Shown here: positions 36,191 through 50,233 of the stretch, in pieces
How positions within the stretch are numbered: the stretch's first letter is position 1
Layout: each line of letters begins with the position of its first letter
Assembly: GCF_021869535.1 (NCBI RefSeq)
Contig: NW_026262723.1
Coordinates: 112,282,001 to 112,346,000, forward strand
DNA: 64,000 nt
Direction of reading: 5' to 3'
Source: Mytilus californianus
Lineage: Eukaryota
Position numbers and translations under genes: made by a program
Notes under the pieces: model-generated
Databases searched by the model: none
What the model was told of the DNA's origin: nothing
What the model saw: only the letters and a program-made list of their open reading frames with translations

Positions 36191-38959
36191 ATCAAGTCCG
36201 TCAATACATATATTTTCTTGCTATATTTTAGGAATTGCAAACGTTGGAAAGTTGGAAAACCATCGCAAACGTACATTTCATATAGTAATTTGAAAATTTT
36301 ATGTCTCCAGTGATAGAAGATAAAGAGTGGATTGATTTACAGCTTGTTAGTTTTTGTGTGGTTAAAAATCTATAAGCTCAGATGATTTGAATTCTATGTT
36401 AAGAATATATGTTCAAACATCTGATTTTCACATCTACCAGTAATTTTAATAACAAGACAAGAATATGATTGTTGTTTTTAACCATCCAGTCTGTCAATTT
36501 TATGTCATATGTGTCCTTTCAAATTTTGGAAAGTTATTATTATCAGTTTCCCTTCAGAAGCACCTGAGATCACCCTCAGTTTGTGGTGGGGTTAGTGTTG
36601 CTCAGTCTTTAGTTTCCTATGTTGTGTTTTGTGTACTGTTGTTTGTCCATTGGTCCTTTTCCTTTTTAGCAATGGCGTTGTCAGTTTATTTTCGACTTAT
36701 GAGTTTGAATATCCCTTTGGTATCTTTCGTCTCTCATTTGCAACATTCCCAGAAGATAATATTGTAAAAATTTAAATTGTACACTCTCTACCGTTACTGA
36801 TCAGGACATGTTAGAAATTGACACAACAGTACCAACCAAATATAAATAATGACGTAAAGTAACTTTGATTCTCGGCTCTTTGAATTAGTATGCTTTCTCG
36901 GTTCTCTGGGCATTTGTCTCCTGAGTCATAACGTGAAGGATAAATAGTTGATTATGTAAATCATAGCTTCCTCGTTTTGACAATTACAGTTTACTACTTT
37001 ATTTGATTTTCTCGAACGTCATACTAATGGAGACACTCCAAAATGAATACAAAATACAACAAAATGACAGTTTGTATTCGCGTCAACACGTAATTGACAT
37101 CAATCAAGTTTTTGGTTAAAACATTTTGTCATATATATTTTTTCATACCATGTGTGATTACCGTTTTCTAATAATAACATGAATATGAAACAAAATCAAC
37201 AAAAGCTGTTTAAAAATATAAGTAATGTACCGTTTATTTAGTTAAACGTTAACAACAAGGATTGATTTGGTAATATAAACATGGTAACCTGTACTTCTCC
37301 CTTTCGGCAGTAAAAATCTTATAAGACTTGCAATGCAAAATATTTGTTAACCTTCATCCCGGTCAGTCCACTACTCAGAACCTACCATTTGGACGTCATG
37401 TATATTTGTTTTTGTTCCGAATACGCATGAAATATTTGCCACGGTATGATAATCAAGCAACAACTGATCAATCAATCAGTTTAATTGCATAATTTAATTT
37501 AGAGTATTCATATGTTTTCTTTTTGTTTTATTAGGATATTAGTCTGTTTCAATAAGTATAAACAACTTTAACAAATCAGCATCCTTACGACATAAACATC
37601 AATCGAAATCAAGATGTATCTGTACGGTTTTCAATAAAACGCTGGTGTCTATAGTAAGTCGTCCTGATTTAAGAATTTTACGGATACAATGATCTGATAT
37701 CAACATCGACATAAAAATGGCAAACAAACATTAAAAATATAACTACTGACCATCAGTGAAGAGGTTCTTAAAGGACTGGCAGATGCATTTTGTGACGAGA
37801 TTAAATAAGTTATTAAATCTAGAATCTCCCTCTCATATGTCAATCACTAATTCAATAAATGGTTCACAGAGAACAAAAATAAACAAAAATAAACAAAATA
37901 ACCTAACAATTTGAAGCACTTAACTCTTTACTTGCAGGTATAATTAATAAAAATCCACAATTACAAACAAAAACATTAACACACAATACCGTAAGAACTC
38001 TCAAGTACGATATTCAACACTTTTTTTTAAAGATTTGATTGTTATCAAGTAGAATGAGAAATCAAAATCATTTAAATAATTCTTAACTAACTACCGATTA
38101 AGAAAGTTTTAGTCTAACAGTTAAAAGATCAACTTTAAGAAATAACAGTTGACAATGAAAGAAGATGGATATTCTATGAAGATTCTTTTTAATAGTTTAG
38201 AAACTAAATGGTTTGATATATAATATGTTATTAGTCTCTGAAATTTTTTTTTCAATTCAACATCAGTAAAGATCTGATTGGTATTTTGTGTGACCGAACA
38301 TAAAACAATAGACGTCATTAATATCCAGAGAAAACATGACCTTTTTATGTCTGTTTGGGTTGCTCACCCAATTTTGTCAATATTACGGAACGAAAAACAA
38401 CTGTCATACAAGTGGGAGGGTTAACTAAAATCAGGTTTAACCCACTATTTTCGTCAGGAATATGACAGTTGTTTTCCCTTTGCCTTTGCTCCAATGGTTA
38501 ATAAAAGTCTTATGTTTAATTTTTTCAGTTTTTTTTAAACCCTGTTTTTTTTAATTTATTTGGGTTCCGTATTTTTGCTAAAACTTTTTGAGGAACTCAA
38601 TTCATCGACAGATGTGATGTAAACTGTGACCATTTTTTTCTATGAAGCAGCATTTTAGCAGATCCTGCATATTGAGTATATTTTTCCATGATGAAACTAT
38701 ATTCCAACGGTTGTTGTTGTTTTCTGTAACGATGTCAATAATAGATGATTTTTGCTTTCGAAGAAGCTCTTGAACCAAGGGTTCCAATTTGTAAAGTCGA
38801 AGTTGCAGTCACCCCTGTTAACAGCCGCCATTATGATTTGGCACATATGACCACGGATATTTTCCAACTGTCTTAGCCTAAATACCGATCTCTTCTTCCC
38901 AATTGTAACATTACCCGAATGCATGGTTTATTACCCCCTGATTTCGAAGGTGGCTTGTT

Positions 38960-39300
38960 TTTTTCACTATAGTATTTTTAGTAATTTTGAGATTTTGTGT
39001 CTATGATATTTAAAGCCATAACAGTAGGTGAGGGAAAAATATATTTTGATGTTTTTTTTTTATTAATAACATGCCAGTGCTTGACATTAATAGATAAAAT
39101 ATTTGTCTGATCAGGATGAAAGGTGACAACAAACGGAATTACATTTCTTCGGGTTGTATTATCGTTGTATCCTAGGCGAACCTTTTTGTCGTTTTTGGAC
39201 TTAAGGAGTTCGTTTTGTTCCAATAATGTTTTGTATGTTGAATATGAGTTGCCTGTTTTCTAAACACGAGTTCTTAGGTGGTAAACAACAAATTCCGACT
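38960..39300 (-). mobile_element. Decayed canonical Penelope-like (Neptune/Poseidon-type) RT-thumb/linker fragment; paralogue ~21460-21760
   Basis: ORF-track 38978..39223 contains IPFVVTFHPD..NIL.I..KHWHVI......IFPSPTVMA, which resembles the PLE linker that precedes the GIY-YIG domain. Confidence 0.6.
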
Positions 39301-42300
39301 TTTTCTCTTGGATTGAAATTTGGCGGATATATAAATATATATATACTTTTATTACCCCTTAAAATTGTAATTTCAATGGTCAATTGTTCACATTTGAATT
39401 TTCATGGTAATTGAGATTGTCTATCTGCCTACACTACATGCTGATTAAAGGATTTTTTTTTATAATTGTTGATATATTCTGTCACTCGGAGAAGGTCATA
39501 GATATAGCGTGTTTTTGTAACGGGTCATTCTGACTTGGAAACAATCGGAATTAGTTGGTTACCACTTAAGAATTCATGTTAGAAAACTGCCATTTCAAAC
39601 TATTTTTAACGTTCTGTCACTTGAATTAATGATAGCTGCTTTGTTAAGTATACCATATGCTATAACTGACCACTTTTTACTACGATTAGATTGCATAAAA
39701 TTGAGAATGGAAATATGGAATGTGTCAAAGAGAAAACATGTTAGTTTCTATTCATTAAATTAAAGCTAGTGTAGCTTCATCCACAATTTCACTGCACTTT
39801 ACAAATGACATTATTCTAATAATGAAATTACCTATACTGCTGATGTTTAGATATGTCATGCTTTAAAAGCTTTGAATGCCAGACCTGCCTATAGAGAATC
39901 ATCAATGTTCATGTGACATTAAGTTACCTCTTTTCGTCTCGTTTGAAACCAGTAATGATTTCATTATAAATTCATTTATATTTTCCACTTACTAATTGTC
40001 TGCATTATTTCCCTAATCTCCATTAAGCTATAGTAAGATTTTTTCCCATCAACTATCGTTAAGTCAGAATGCTTTCCTCAACACCAAAATAAGATGTCTT
40101 AATGAGATTTCCTACTGATGAAGTGTACATTTAGGGTAGCGATACAATATATTGACAAAATATTTTTCGGAAGTTATGATTGTGTTGAATACGTCTATGC
40201 ACTCAAGAATAAGATAAAAGCACGAAGGTCTTTATGTTACGTTGACCAGCGTAATTTCACACTATAATTAATGTATCTGATGCAATTATACCCTCGACAT
40301 TTTACACTTCTTTGGTTTTCTATAATGAGTGAAGTTACCTCAAATTAAGATATTAAGCAATAACTACACCATTTGTTTCAGAGTTAAAGAGAAAAGATTA
40401 TAGCGGCAATATTTTATAATCGTAATCAATGTTTGATCTAAAATTAAATCTACAGCCGACTGTTTTTAGCTGTCATCCGGATCTTTTTCAAACACAATTC
40501 GGGTACAAAATATGAAAACGTTTTAATAAACATTTTGAGTCGACTTTATATATTTTGAAATATCCATGGTTGAAAAATAAAATGTATTTAACACAATTTA
40601 TACTGGCTTTACTTGGACTGGTATAAGAATCGTTGTTTTATTGTTGTCATGGATATTTCTCTTTTTTGTACAGGGGGGAGGAGGGGATTCTATTGATAGT
40701 AAAACCAAATAGGTGCATCAGACGTACCCATTTCATAAAGTTTTACTTTCATTGTAAAAATCATAATATCTCCTGTCAGCCGACTTTGCTTCTCCTCATA
40801 CAAAATAGAATGAATGCGTAACCTTATAAAAAATTATAACACAGCTTCATCTTTTTTTTTTATATCTTCTCTAATAATTCTGATTGTGTCATTCAACTCA
40901 GTGTTGTTGTTTTTTTAAATCGTAAAAATAAAAAGTACTTATTTCAAATCTAAGGAGAATTATCATTGATTGTGCACTACTGATCAAATTGTATTTGCTC
41001 TTGAAATTGACTCTAAAGACAACTCAAATCACTTTCTATTACAACCGCAACGGTTTCAACTACAAGCCAGATGTCAGACCTTCAGAAATAGCATATCTTA
41101 TGTCCATACTCAGGACGTTTCCGTATCCATTTAGACAATATCAAAAAGCTCGATTTATTATTGCAATATACATTTACAGGGATATACTTTTAATTCAAAT
41201 GTTACTTTAAAAAGTTTGTAAAACGTCTGAAAATCATCACATCACATGTTTTAAAGTCGCTGTTCATTACGAATAGACTGAGCTTAGTTTCACAACTCAC
41301 TAGAAATATTTTCATTTGTCATTGTTAACAGTTTTGTCAATTTATTGGTATGACAGTAGACATTTCGAGAAGAGAACACTCTGACGTCTGAAGACCTAAT
41401 TGGACTTGCTTGCATCATGGAAATAGTCGACTCAAACTTCAGACAGCAATTTTTCAGTCTCGAAATCATTGCAGAAATATTATTTATCAAATAAAACATT
41501 CACGTTTTTTTTATTAATCTTTTTTTTAAGAATATGTACTTTTTGTTTGCCGGTTAACCTCTCTCCAATGTAGCAAAACCGATAATTTATCTATTTATAT
41601 TCATTTTACGGTCAAAGGGTTTAGTCGCATTCAATAATCATTCATAACCACCAGTTACATACAATTTTAAGATAGAATACGCAGGGATAATCTATAGAGT
41701 GCATTTCATTGAATTTGTTATCACGTTGAAAATTCATCTCGATGTCTAGAATGCTGATAGTTTATCTACAGAATCTTTCTAAGTTTCGCTTCTTCTTTTC
41801 TATCCGTAGCTTTTCATGTAATTTAACAAATCACATTTTCTCCTTGTACAACAATAAAGATTCATTTCAGTAATTTGTTTTATTTTGCTCTAGAGAACTT
41901 TAAATACTTTAGAACGTTATTCCTGCACACTTTGTATTCAACCAATGATGCTTTGATTTCATTAACGAACACTCAAGCATTTGTTTCTCAATTTCATAAA
42001 TCAGTGTGAACACAGAGAGAATTTTAATTAAAGGCGCAATAGGACAAAAAGTCGATGAAGGTGGTTGGTATTCAAATATTAAGACATCATGAAAAATAAT
42101 CCTATCAAAATGTAACATATGCCATAAAACACTAAATTATGATAAAAAAAAATATCGAAAAAACCCGCAAACGTTTTTAAATAATATCTATTTTGCTGGA
42201 AGCTGAGAATAAAATGAATCAGTTAGAGCATAATATCTTGAACAGTCATGACTGTAAATACAGAACAGCTTTGATTTATCTTATGTCTTGTATGCAAACG

Positions 42301-42739
42301 GAAGCTGTGCAATTTTGTTAACAAAGAGAACTTATGTTAATCTGTCGAACGTTTAGCCCTATCTGAAAGTACTTACAATTCATTTTACAACTTAATCAAT
42401 ACCCCTTTATTCTCAATGTTAAACTTCTTAACTAGACTTTCAAGTTCAATTGATATTGCAACTCACTTTGGTCAACTTGATCTTACACGGATTTTGTTTT
42501 CTATCTGTAAGTGATTGTTCTCCAAATATTAGATATTTTAGGAAACTTAAGCTCACAATGACTTTTAAGTTGACGATGGTAGTTACAACTAAACTTAGCT
42601 ATGGGTCATTCCGAAAGATGTGGCTGTATACATGCTCAATAAACAAAAAAATAAGAGAATTCATTTTAATTTCAAAATGAAATCAGCTATTTATTAACAG
42701 TATTTGATACTATTTTTAATCGTCTGACTCTGAAGAGCT

Positions 42740-43030
42740 GACTCCAAAGGCTCTCAAAAATGTAGGAATTTTCTTAGACATGAACTTCTCATAGTTCAAC
42801 TCGTTCTTTTAACTAGCTGCATCAATGCTGTTTCTAGTTCAGTTTTCTTTTTTGTTGTAGCACTAGGTCCGGGCTGCTGCTCGTCAGATAGTTGCCCTAC
42901 CTCCTCCGTCACTGCATGACGTTTTTGTTGCCCGTCATCCTCCTACACTGCAGGACGTTTTTGTTTGTTATTTATTTTAATCCCCGGATAACATTTGTAA
43001 CATGAGATTTTCACGTATGTCACTAGACGG
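42740..43030 (-). pseudogene. Decayed coding remnant of unknown (probably transposon) origin with an in-frame 36-bp repeat
   Basis: Locally GC-richer. Reads QKRPAV*EDDGQ QKRHAVTEEVGQ LSDEQQPGPSATTKKKTELETALMQLVK, then after a frameshift KNELNYEKFMSKKIPTFLRAFGVSSSESDD*. Confidence 0.45.
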
Positions 43031-46000
43031 ATAAAATATATCTTAATATATATCCTCGTATGACACCCTATACATGCCAACAAAAACAGCGAAAACTGGA
43101 CACCTTAAAAGGGAGGTGTCGGAAAATTGATAATTCCATCAAAGAATACAGAGTTTCTGTTGAAAATTCAATTAGAGAATTGAAGAATTATAGCGTTATG
43201 AGAAGTCTTGGAGACATGAATTGTTAAGTTGATACAAATAAAAGTGCATCTTTTGCGTTAATCGCTTTACAATTTGTCAACATTGTACACTTTGAGATGG
43301 CCCATATATAATTATCTGTAAATGTCATCATCAATGCAACATAACAGTTGCCAATGAAGTTATAACTTTGAAAATACTTTGAACTTCAAAATTATTTTAT
43401 ATTTCTTCCTGTGTGACGTTTACATTTTCTGGTGTCAAACACGCGACTCTACACTAAGAGTAGATGTGAATGCAGTCACAAAACTTTAAATATTTCAATC
43501 CTTTATGGGTTGATTTATAATACATATATAAGTAAGCAATGAATGTGGTTGTTAAATTTGATAGATGCTTTTTGTGTTTCTTTGTTAAATGTTTGTTTCT
43601 TTTGAGATTGTGACACAGTGATGACTGCTGTACCCATATTTGACAATGTTAACTATTATGTCTGTTTTGTTTACGCATCGTTGTAAATATAATAGAATTT
43701 GATGCGACTGTCATACAAGTGAGAGGTTTAGCGCTAGAAAACCAGGTTCAATCCACCATTGTCTACATTTGAAAATGCCTGTACCAAGTCAGGAATTTGA
43801 CAGTTGTTGTCCATTCGTTTGATGTGTTTTATCATTTGATTTTACCATTTGATTAGGGACTTTCCGTTTTGAATTTTCCTCGGAGTTCAGTATTTTTGTG
43901 ATTTTACTTTTTAAAACAGTTTTCGAAAATGTTAAATAAGAAGTTTTAAGAATGTTGTTCCTCGGCACATGTCATTTCATTGATAGAGGTATGATATATA
44001 CGTGTACATGTTATCATTTTGAATTGTCAAGTTCTATTGTCTAACAATTAAATACATTCTTGGTTATACGTACTAGTATACAATGCAAACATCTTATCTA
44101 TATAATCAATGTCTCTGGGTACTCTTTGGTTCTGTACACTTATTATTAATTTCAGAAAATACATCCTACACTTGAACTCTCACTCACAAGTTTTGTTTCT
44201 ATATTGCAATATTTTCTTAGTAATTTGAAATACAGACATTCCTATCATGTTTTTTTCATTATAAATGTGTTGTTGTGTTTTTTTTTTTTATTTTGAACAA
44301 TGTCTGTAATGTTGTTATAACTTGTATCCAATCAACTTTGATATTCGGGCAAGTACAATATGTTTAAATTAAAACATTCCAAAACAAAGATATGAAACGT
44401 TGAGCAGTCTATCAATATCAACACATTGGTAAAATATGATAAAATATATTCACTGCTTATATTTTTTGGAATAAACATCAGGTACAATGGACAGCAAAAT
44501 TTCAGAAGCTGAATGACAAGTTAAATAAAACATCAGAAAAATAACGGGAATTATAAAACAATTTGGACAACACTGGACTTTTTTGAAACATTATCGTACA
44601 AAGAAAGACGAATAAGAAAGAACTACATGGTACTACATAAAGGGCCTTAAATACACTGATATCATCAATTGTGTAAGATCAAATAAAAACAATGTTGTAC
44701 AAGCTTCACTTATATGTTTTATATGTTATTATGCTTACAGTATTAAGAATTGAGTATAGAAAATTAGTAACCGTTTTAGTTTTGTAACTATCTAAGAGCA
44801 TTTCTTTAGAAGGTCATTCAAATTTCTACGTCCGTATCATCAACTAGTAACCGTACATGTATTTTGTAAAAAATAAATACATTTCTTATTAAGTTACAAA
44901 TACAATAATAAGGTGATATGTTTATAAGCGGTAGTCTCTATCGTACTTTAATTATTTTATAGCAAATCTCCTTGGAATTTTCATTATATGCTTCCTTATA
45001 AAATATTCATTCTATATATAACTTTACAATAATAACCATATAAATAAATGGTTTTAGAGTACAAAATTAAGGCAAAAGTAATTTACCGATATTCATAAGT
45101 TGTAAATCGATTAGGAAAAGAAAAGTGAAGGTAATAAAAAGAAAATGGATTATTGCATGAACTGTAAAAGGAGTAAGACCGGATGAGTCGACAGGATGAA
45201 TAAACTTATCATCAATTCCAGGCTTAAAAGTTTGTACGCAATGCGACTTCACACTCAGTCAAAATGTCTCAATTAGGAAATTCACAGTGTTAAATAATTC
45301 TGTATATTGTGAACATGCACGAGCATAACGTATGAACTGAGATATGGAACGGCAAAAAAAAACAGCCTTTTATACGGCAGATGAAGATCTAAGTATTTAC
45401 ATGATAATGATTACGGAAAATACATTAGATTTCAATCATTGAAATCTAAGAACTTTTTTATAATGAATTTTTGTTACTTCAATGACCACACTTTAATGCT
45501 TCATGTTTTTGAATGAAGAACACTGAATTCAAAAAGTCGCCCCCCCTCCAAGAAAATGTACAAAATTTGAGATTGTTCATGCATTTTGCGTCTTTTTAAA
45601 AATATCGGTATTGAACGTGCATTTTGTAGTTGATGGGGTTCTAAAAGTAGGTGTTATGCATCAGAATATTGATGTCATATCTTTTAATGCTACATTTGTT
45701 TGTTTATATATGTATTCCATTGGCAGATTTACTCGAAGTTACTGGACAAATTGCAAAACCTTTTAGAGAGCTGTTGTTTCGATTTGACCATCTGTGAAAA
45801 CTTCAGACAATTACACTTATTGCTATGCATATGTTACAATTACCATTTGTTGCTAGGAAAAGTCGGAACTTCTAAGCAGGACAGCAAATCATTCGAGACC
45901 TGAAGAATATCAAGCAAATAAATCAAAGAATTTTATAAAATGTTACCAATGAATTATTGAATATTTTAATAAAATTGCTTTTGTCTTCTTCAGTTGTATA

Positions 46001-49000
46001 ACTACGGCAATGAGGAAACAACAGAAAGTATTTTTAGTGGCTTTAATTTAATCACAAGTGTCAAATAAACATTTTTTTTTATTTATAAAACATATTAAAA
46101 TCGAATTAAATAAATAACTTTCAGACCTATGATCTCTAAGATAATTATACACAAGTGAAACCTCTAATAATATAAAATCCCTGCAAAGAGATCGGACATA
46201 AATGACCATTCAAAATATTAAACCGTTGTTTTCTTCCTCCTGAAACTGATGCACGAAGAAAGAAGTAGTTTACCACCTTGCCGTAGGCATTACGTTAAGA
46301 ATACTTGTTTGTATAATATATGCATAGACACAGGGACGATAGATCTATTCAGAGGGAAACAAAACGGCTAACAATAAAAAGTAAAACAATTTTCAGGGAA
46401 AACATTTTTGCTTATATCCCTTTTCTATATATGGCTATAGTAAGCATTCATTGCTTATAACATTGTCTGTAGCTTGTCACGGTTAATCTTATCAATATAT
46501 CAATGTTATCTATAACATGAGTGAACATAAAAAGTGGAGAACAAGTAATGTAATATCAATTACACGACAGATTAACGCTATTGTTAGGGAATAGAAATAT
46601 GAGACAACAATAGTCAGATGTTAAAGGTCAAATAAAAGCAAATGTCAGTTCTCTTAGTGTCTAACTTTTTTTAATATTGTGCTGTCTGACTTTTTTAATA
46701 TTGTGCAGTCTAACCATAAAAATGAAGGCCAAGTAGCTTGATATTCGACTTTTAAGGTTATTGAAAAAATCTTTAGGAAATGTTTGTATGCCATAAATTT
46801 TTCAACTGTGTTGAAAAAGTACTAAAAGTAATATTCATCTTGAGAATGTCCTGACAAATTGGTTTCCAGTGTGTTTGTGCTGTAGTGAAAAAGATGCACT
46901 GTATTGGGTTTTCTATCACCGATTCGGTGACCTTTTCTTTGTCTGTTTTATCTTTGACGAATTGCTTCTTAGCAGTTGGTTACTTCGCATTTCCAGTATG
47001 AGGTTTCAAACACATTCCAAGTAATGAAAATATAAAGTCCCCTTGATATCTTCTGCCTCTCTTTAAAGAATGCGTTGATGGTGATTCAAAAATAACCTTA
47101 TCTACCAGTTTTTCGATAGAATTGATGTTGGACAGTAATTCGCTAATGGTTACAGGAGCCCTTCTCTTGGCTGACATGATACGACGTTGTAATGAATACT
47201 TTGATAAATATTTGGTTGATGAAAAGATCAAAATTTCATTCAATCAAAATTGATGATGCTGTATGTCGGCCTCTCTAGGATTTATGAATGTCCCCTCAAT
47301 TTGGTATTTTCACCACCCTTTTTCTGGCTTTCAAAACCAAATTGTTTTAATCTATTGTCGTATCAACTTCTCCTTATACAAATCGTCATACTATATCTTA
47401 TTTGGATAGTAATAACATTATTTGCCAGGGTATCGTGTTATTTTTTTCACTTCGAGCATACTCCATCTCGATTTTAAAGATAAAATCATGAACAAAAGCA
47501 TACATCTGTCCGTTGGATGTACTATAGAATGACAACCAACGATTAATAACTTGATGTTTCTTCACTCAGTAAAGTGGAAGTCATCAATTTGAAAATTTTA
47601 CGGACGCAATCACGAGTTTGTTGAACGCTATGGAATATTTCCTTTCTCTTTTTCTCAAATATGAATCACTGTATGAGACTTATTACCGAATTTGTACTTA
47701 CATGAGCAACACGATGGGTGTCACATATAAAGCAGGATCTGCTTACCATTCTGGAGCACATTGGATTATCTCCGGTGTTTGTGGAGTTCGTGTTGCTCAG
47801 TTTTTAGTATTTTATGTTTCTATGTTGTGTTTTCTATACAATTTATTACTTTGTGGGAGGGACACCGGATATTGGTACTAGCTGAAGCAGAGAGAGGTTT
47901 TTAAATGCAAGCTACCGTACATTATCTAAACTTTGTCTTTGTGATTTATATAACTTTTTAAGACAATCTATGAAAATAATGGTCGTATTTATAGTGAGTC
48001 ATATTTGAATACTAGGAATCAGTTCAATCTTTAGAGGCATTAAACCCGCTATTTTGTATTTTATCTGAGGTAATCGATGTCTCTATCTTCCGATACTTGA
48101 TGGTAATTCCAAATTTAATTTATGTTGATGTCAAATATTCCTAACTTATTTGGAGAACAGGTTAATTCCAAATATATCATTATATCAATCTTTAGACTCG
48201 TGGAATCATCAAAAATTGCATAAAACATTGAAATTCCTTCCCTCGATTACAAAATTTTACAATCTCCCTCAGCTTCAGCTAGTATCAATATCTGGTGTCA
48301 CTTCCATACGGTGGTTTTTTTTCTCTTCTTTGTTTTTGTTTTGTTTTTTGCCATGGCTTTGTCAGTTTGTCTTTGATTTATGCGTTTGAATATTCCATTG
48401 GTATCTTACACCTCTCTTGATACTTTTATTGCATATCAAATATATTGCATATTTGTGTACAGTTGTTAGTCTTTTGTTTTTTTTCTTTTTTTGCCATGAC
48501 GTTGTCATTTAATTTTCGACTTATGAATGTCACTTTGGTATCTTTCGCCTTTTTTTTCTCTTTTAAGTCTTCTAACAATGAAATGAAAAGTTAAATTGCT
48601 GGGGATGCAAAATGGTCATTAAAACAAATTTAAAAGTTGCTCACATTTTTATCAACAATGAAATTGGGATTCAAAGTTACTGTAAAGCTACCACAATAAA
48701 AGCAATGTAAATAAGGGATTAACATTTAAAAATATCCAAACATCTGCAAGAGTACATACAATTTGAGCCCTTATGAAATAGTTTGTGAAAGGTTTGAATT
48801 CGAAACCTAGTCGCAGGTATTCCTAATTCTAGTCAAGAATGTATAAGAATCGAAGCAGTTGAAGAGGTATATGACCAAAAAGGACTTAAAAATAATAGCC
48901 AAATACGTATAAGGTCAGCTTTGCCTAAGGGAGTTCATACCTAAGTTTCTTTATATTTTATAAATTTATAAACGGACAATTTGAGAAAGGTTTTTTTATA

Positions 49001-50233
49001 AATCAAGTCAATACGGAAGTACTAGCTACTGAGCCGATGATACCTTCGTGGATTGATAGTCGAACAACAGTGGTATAGACCCATTAGGAACAGTCAAAGC
49101 CAATAATGTATAAGAACAGAAACATTTGAAGAGCTATATGAAAAAAAGACAAAGAAATAATAGCCAAGCTCATTTACGGTCAACTTTACCTGAAGGAGTT
49201 CAAACCTTAATTTTTTCATTACCGTAACTGACATCATCACGATGCTTTAATGTGTTTTATTGAAAACATATTTTTTGCGTATTGTGGATGTGTTTTTTCA
49301 TAAGTCGTTAAACATTCTTATGGATGCCAAATGTGATCCTAATTTTATCTACTTGCTTCCTTAATCTTGGTGGTATGCAGAGCTAGACGGTAATTAGATG
49401 AGAGCAGAATATAGAACAGGATACACGTCCAGAGTCATGGTAGAATTATATATGAGGTTATATTAACAACTTTAAGAGTAAGTATTGTCTGAAGTGTACA
49501 GTGCAATAATCAGAGTATGCTTTATTCATAAAAAAGAACAGTCACCTTTTCCGTATATTGGAAACTTAAAAACTTCTTAGTTTTGGATAATAACACCGTC
49601 GGTAAAGCCTGTTGTTCTACTCAAAACTGTCATGACGGAAGTTAAGTTTTTCTGTTAAACAATTTCAAATCTATAGGAGGAAATGTCCGGAAATATGTTA
49701 TTTCACGTAATTTGTTATGTTTATGCATCATGTAAGAGTTTAAGCACAAAACATCCAACCCTTTATTAAAGATTATGTAGATATAACGAAATGTAATAAA
49801 CTACAGAGGACGAGTCCCTCAATACATATATTATTTTACTATATTTAAGGAAATTGCAAACGTTTGAAAGTTGGAAAACCATCGCCAACGTACATTTCAT
49901 ATAGTAATTAGGAAACGTAATGTAGCCAGTGATAGATAAAGAGTGTCAATTCAATTCATTTCCGTGATCAGCGACATAACTGAAGCAAAGACTGATTTAC
50001 AGATTTTAGTTTTTGTGTGGTTAAAAATCAATGACCTTAGATGATTTGAATTCAATGTTTAGAATATCTGTTCAGACATCTGATTTTCACATCTACCAGT
50101 AATTTTAATGACAAGACAAGAATATGATTGTTGTTTTTCAACCATCCAGTCTGTCAATTTTATGTTACATGTATCCTTTAAAATTATCGAAAGCTATTAT
50201 TATTAGTTAAAACTTTCCTAGAAATAATATTGT

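Larger units (their letters stand above)
22071..39594. repeat. Large tandem segmental unit, copy 2 (~17.5 kb, enlarged by private insertions)
   Basis: Same anchors; private insertions at 23074-23518, ~25440-26880, 32768-34166 and ~35163-36190. Confidence 0.93.
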
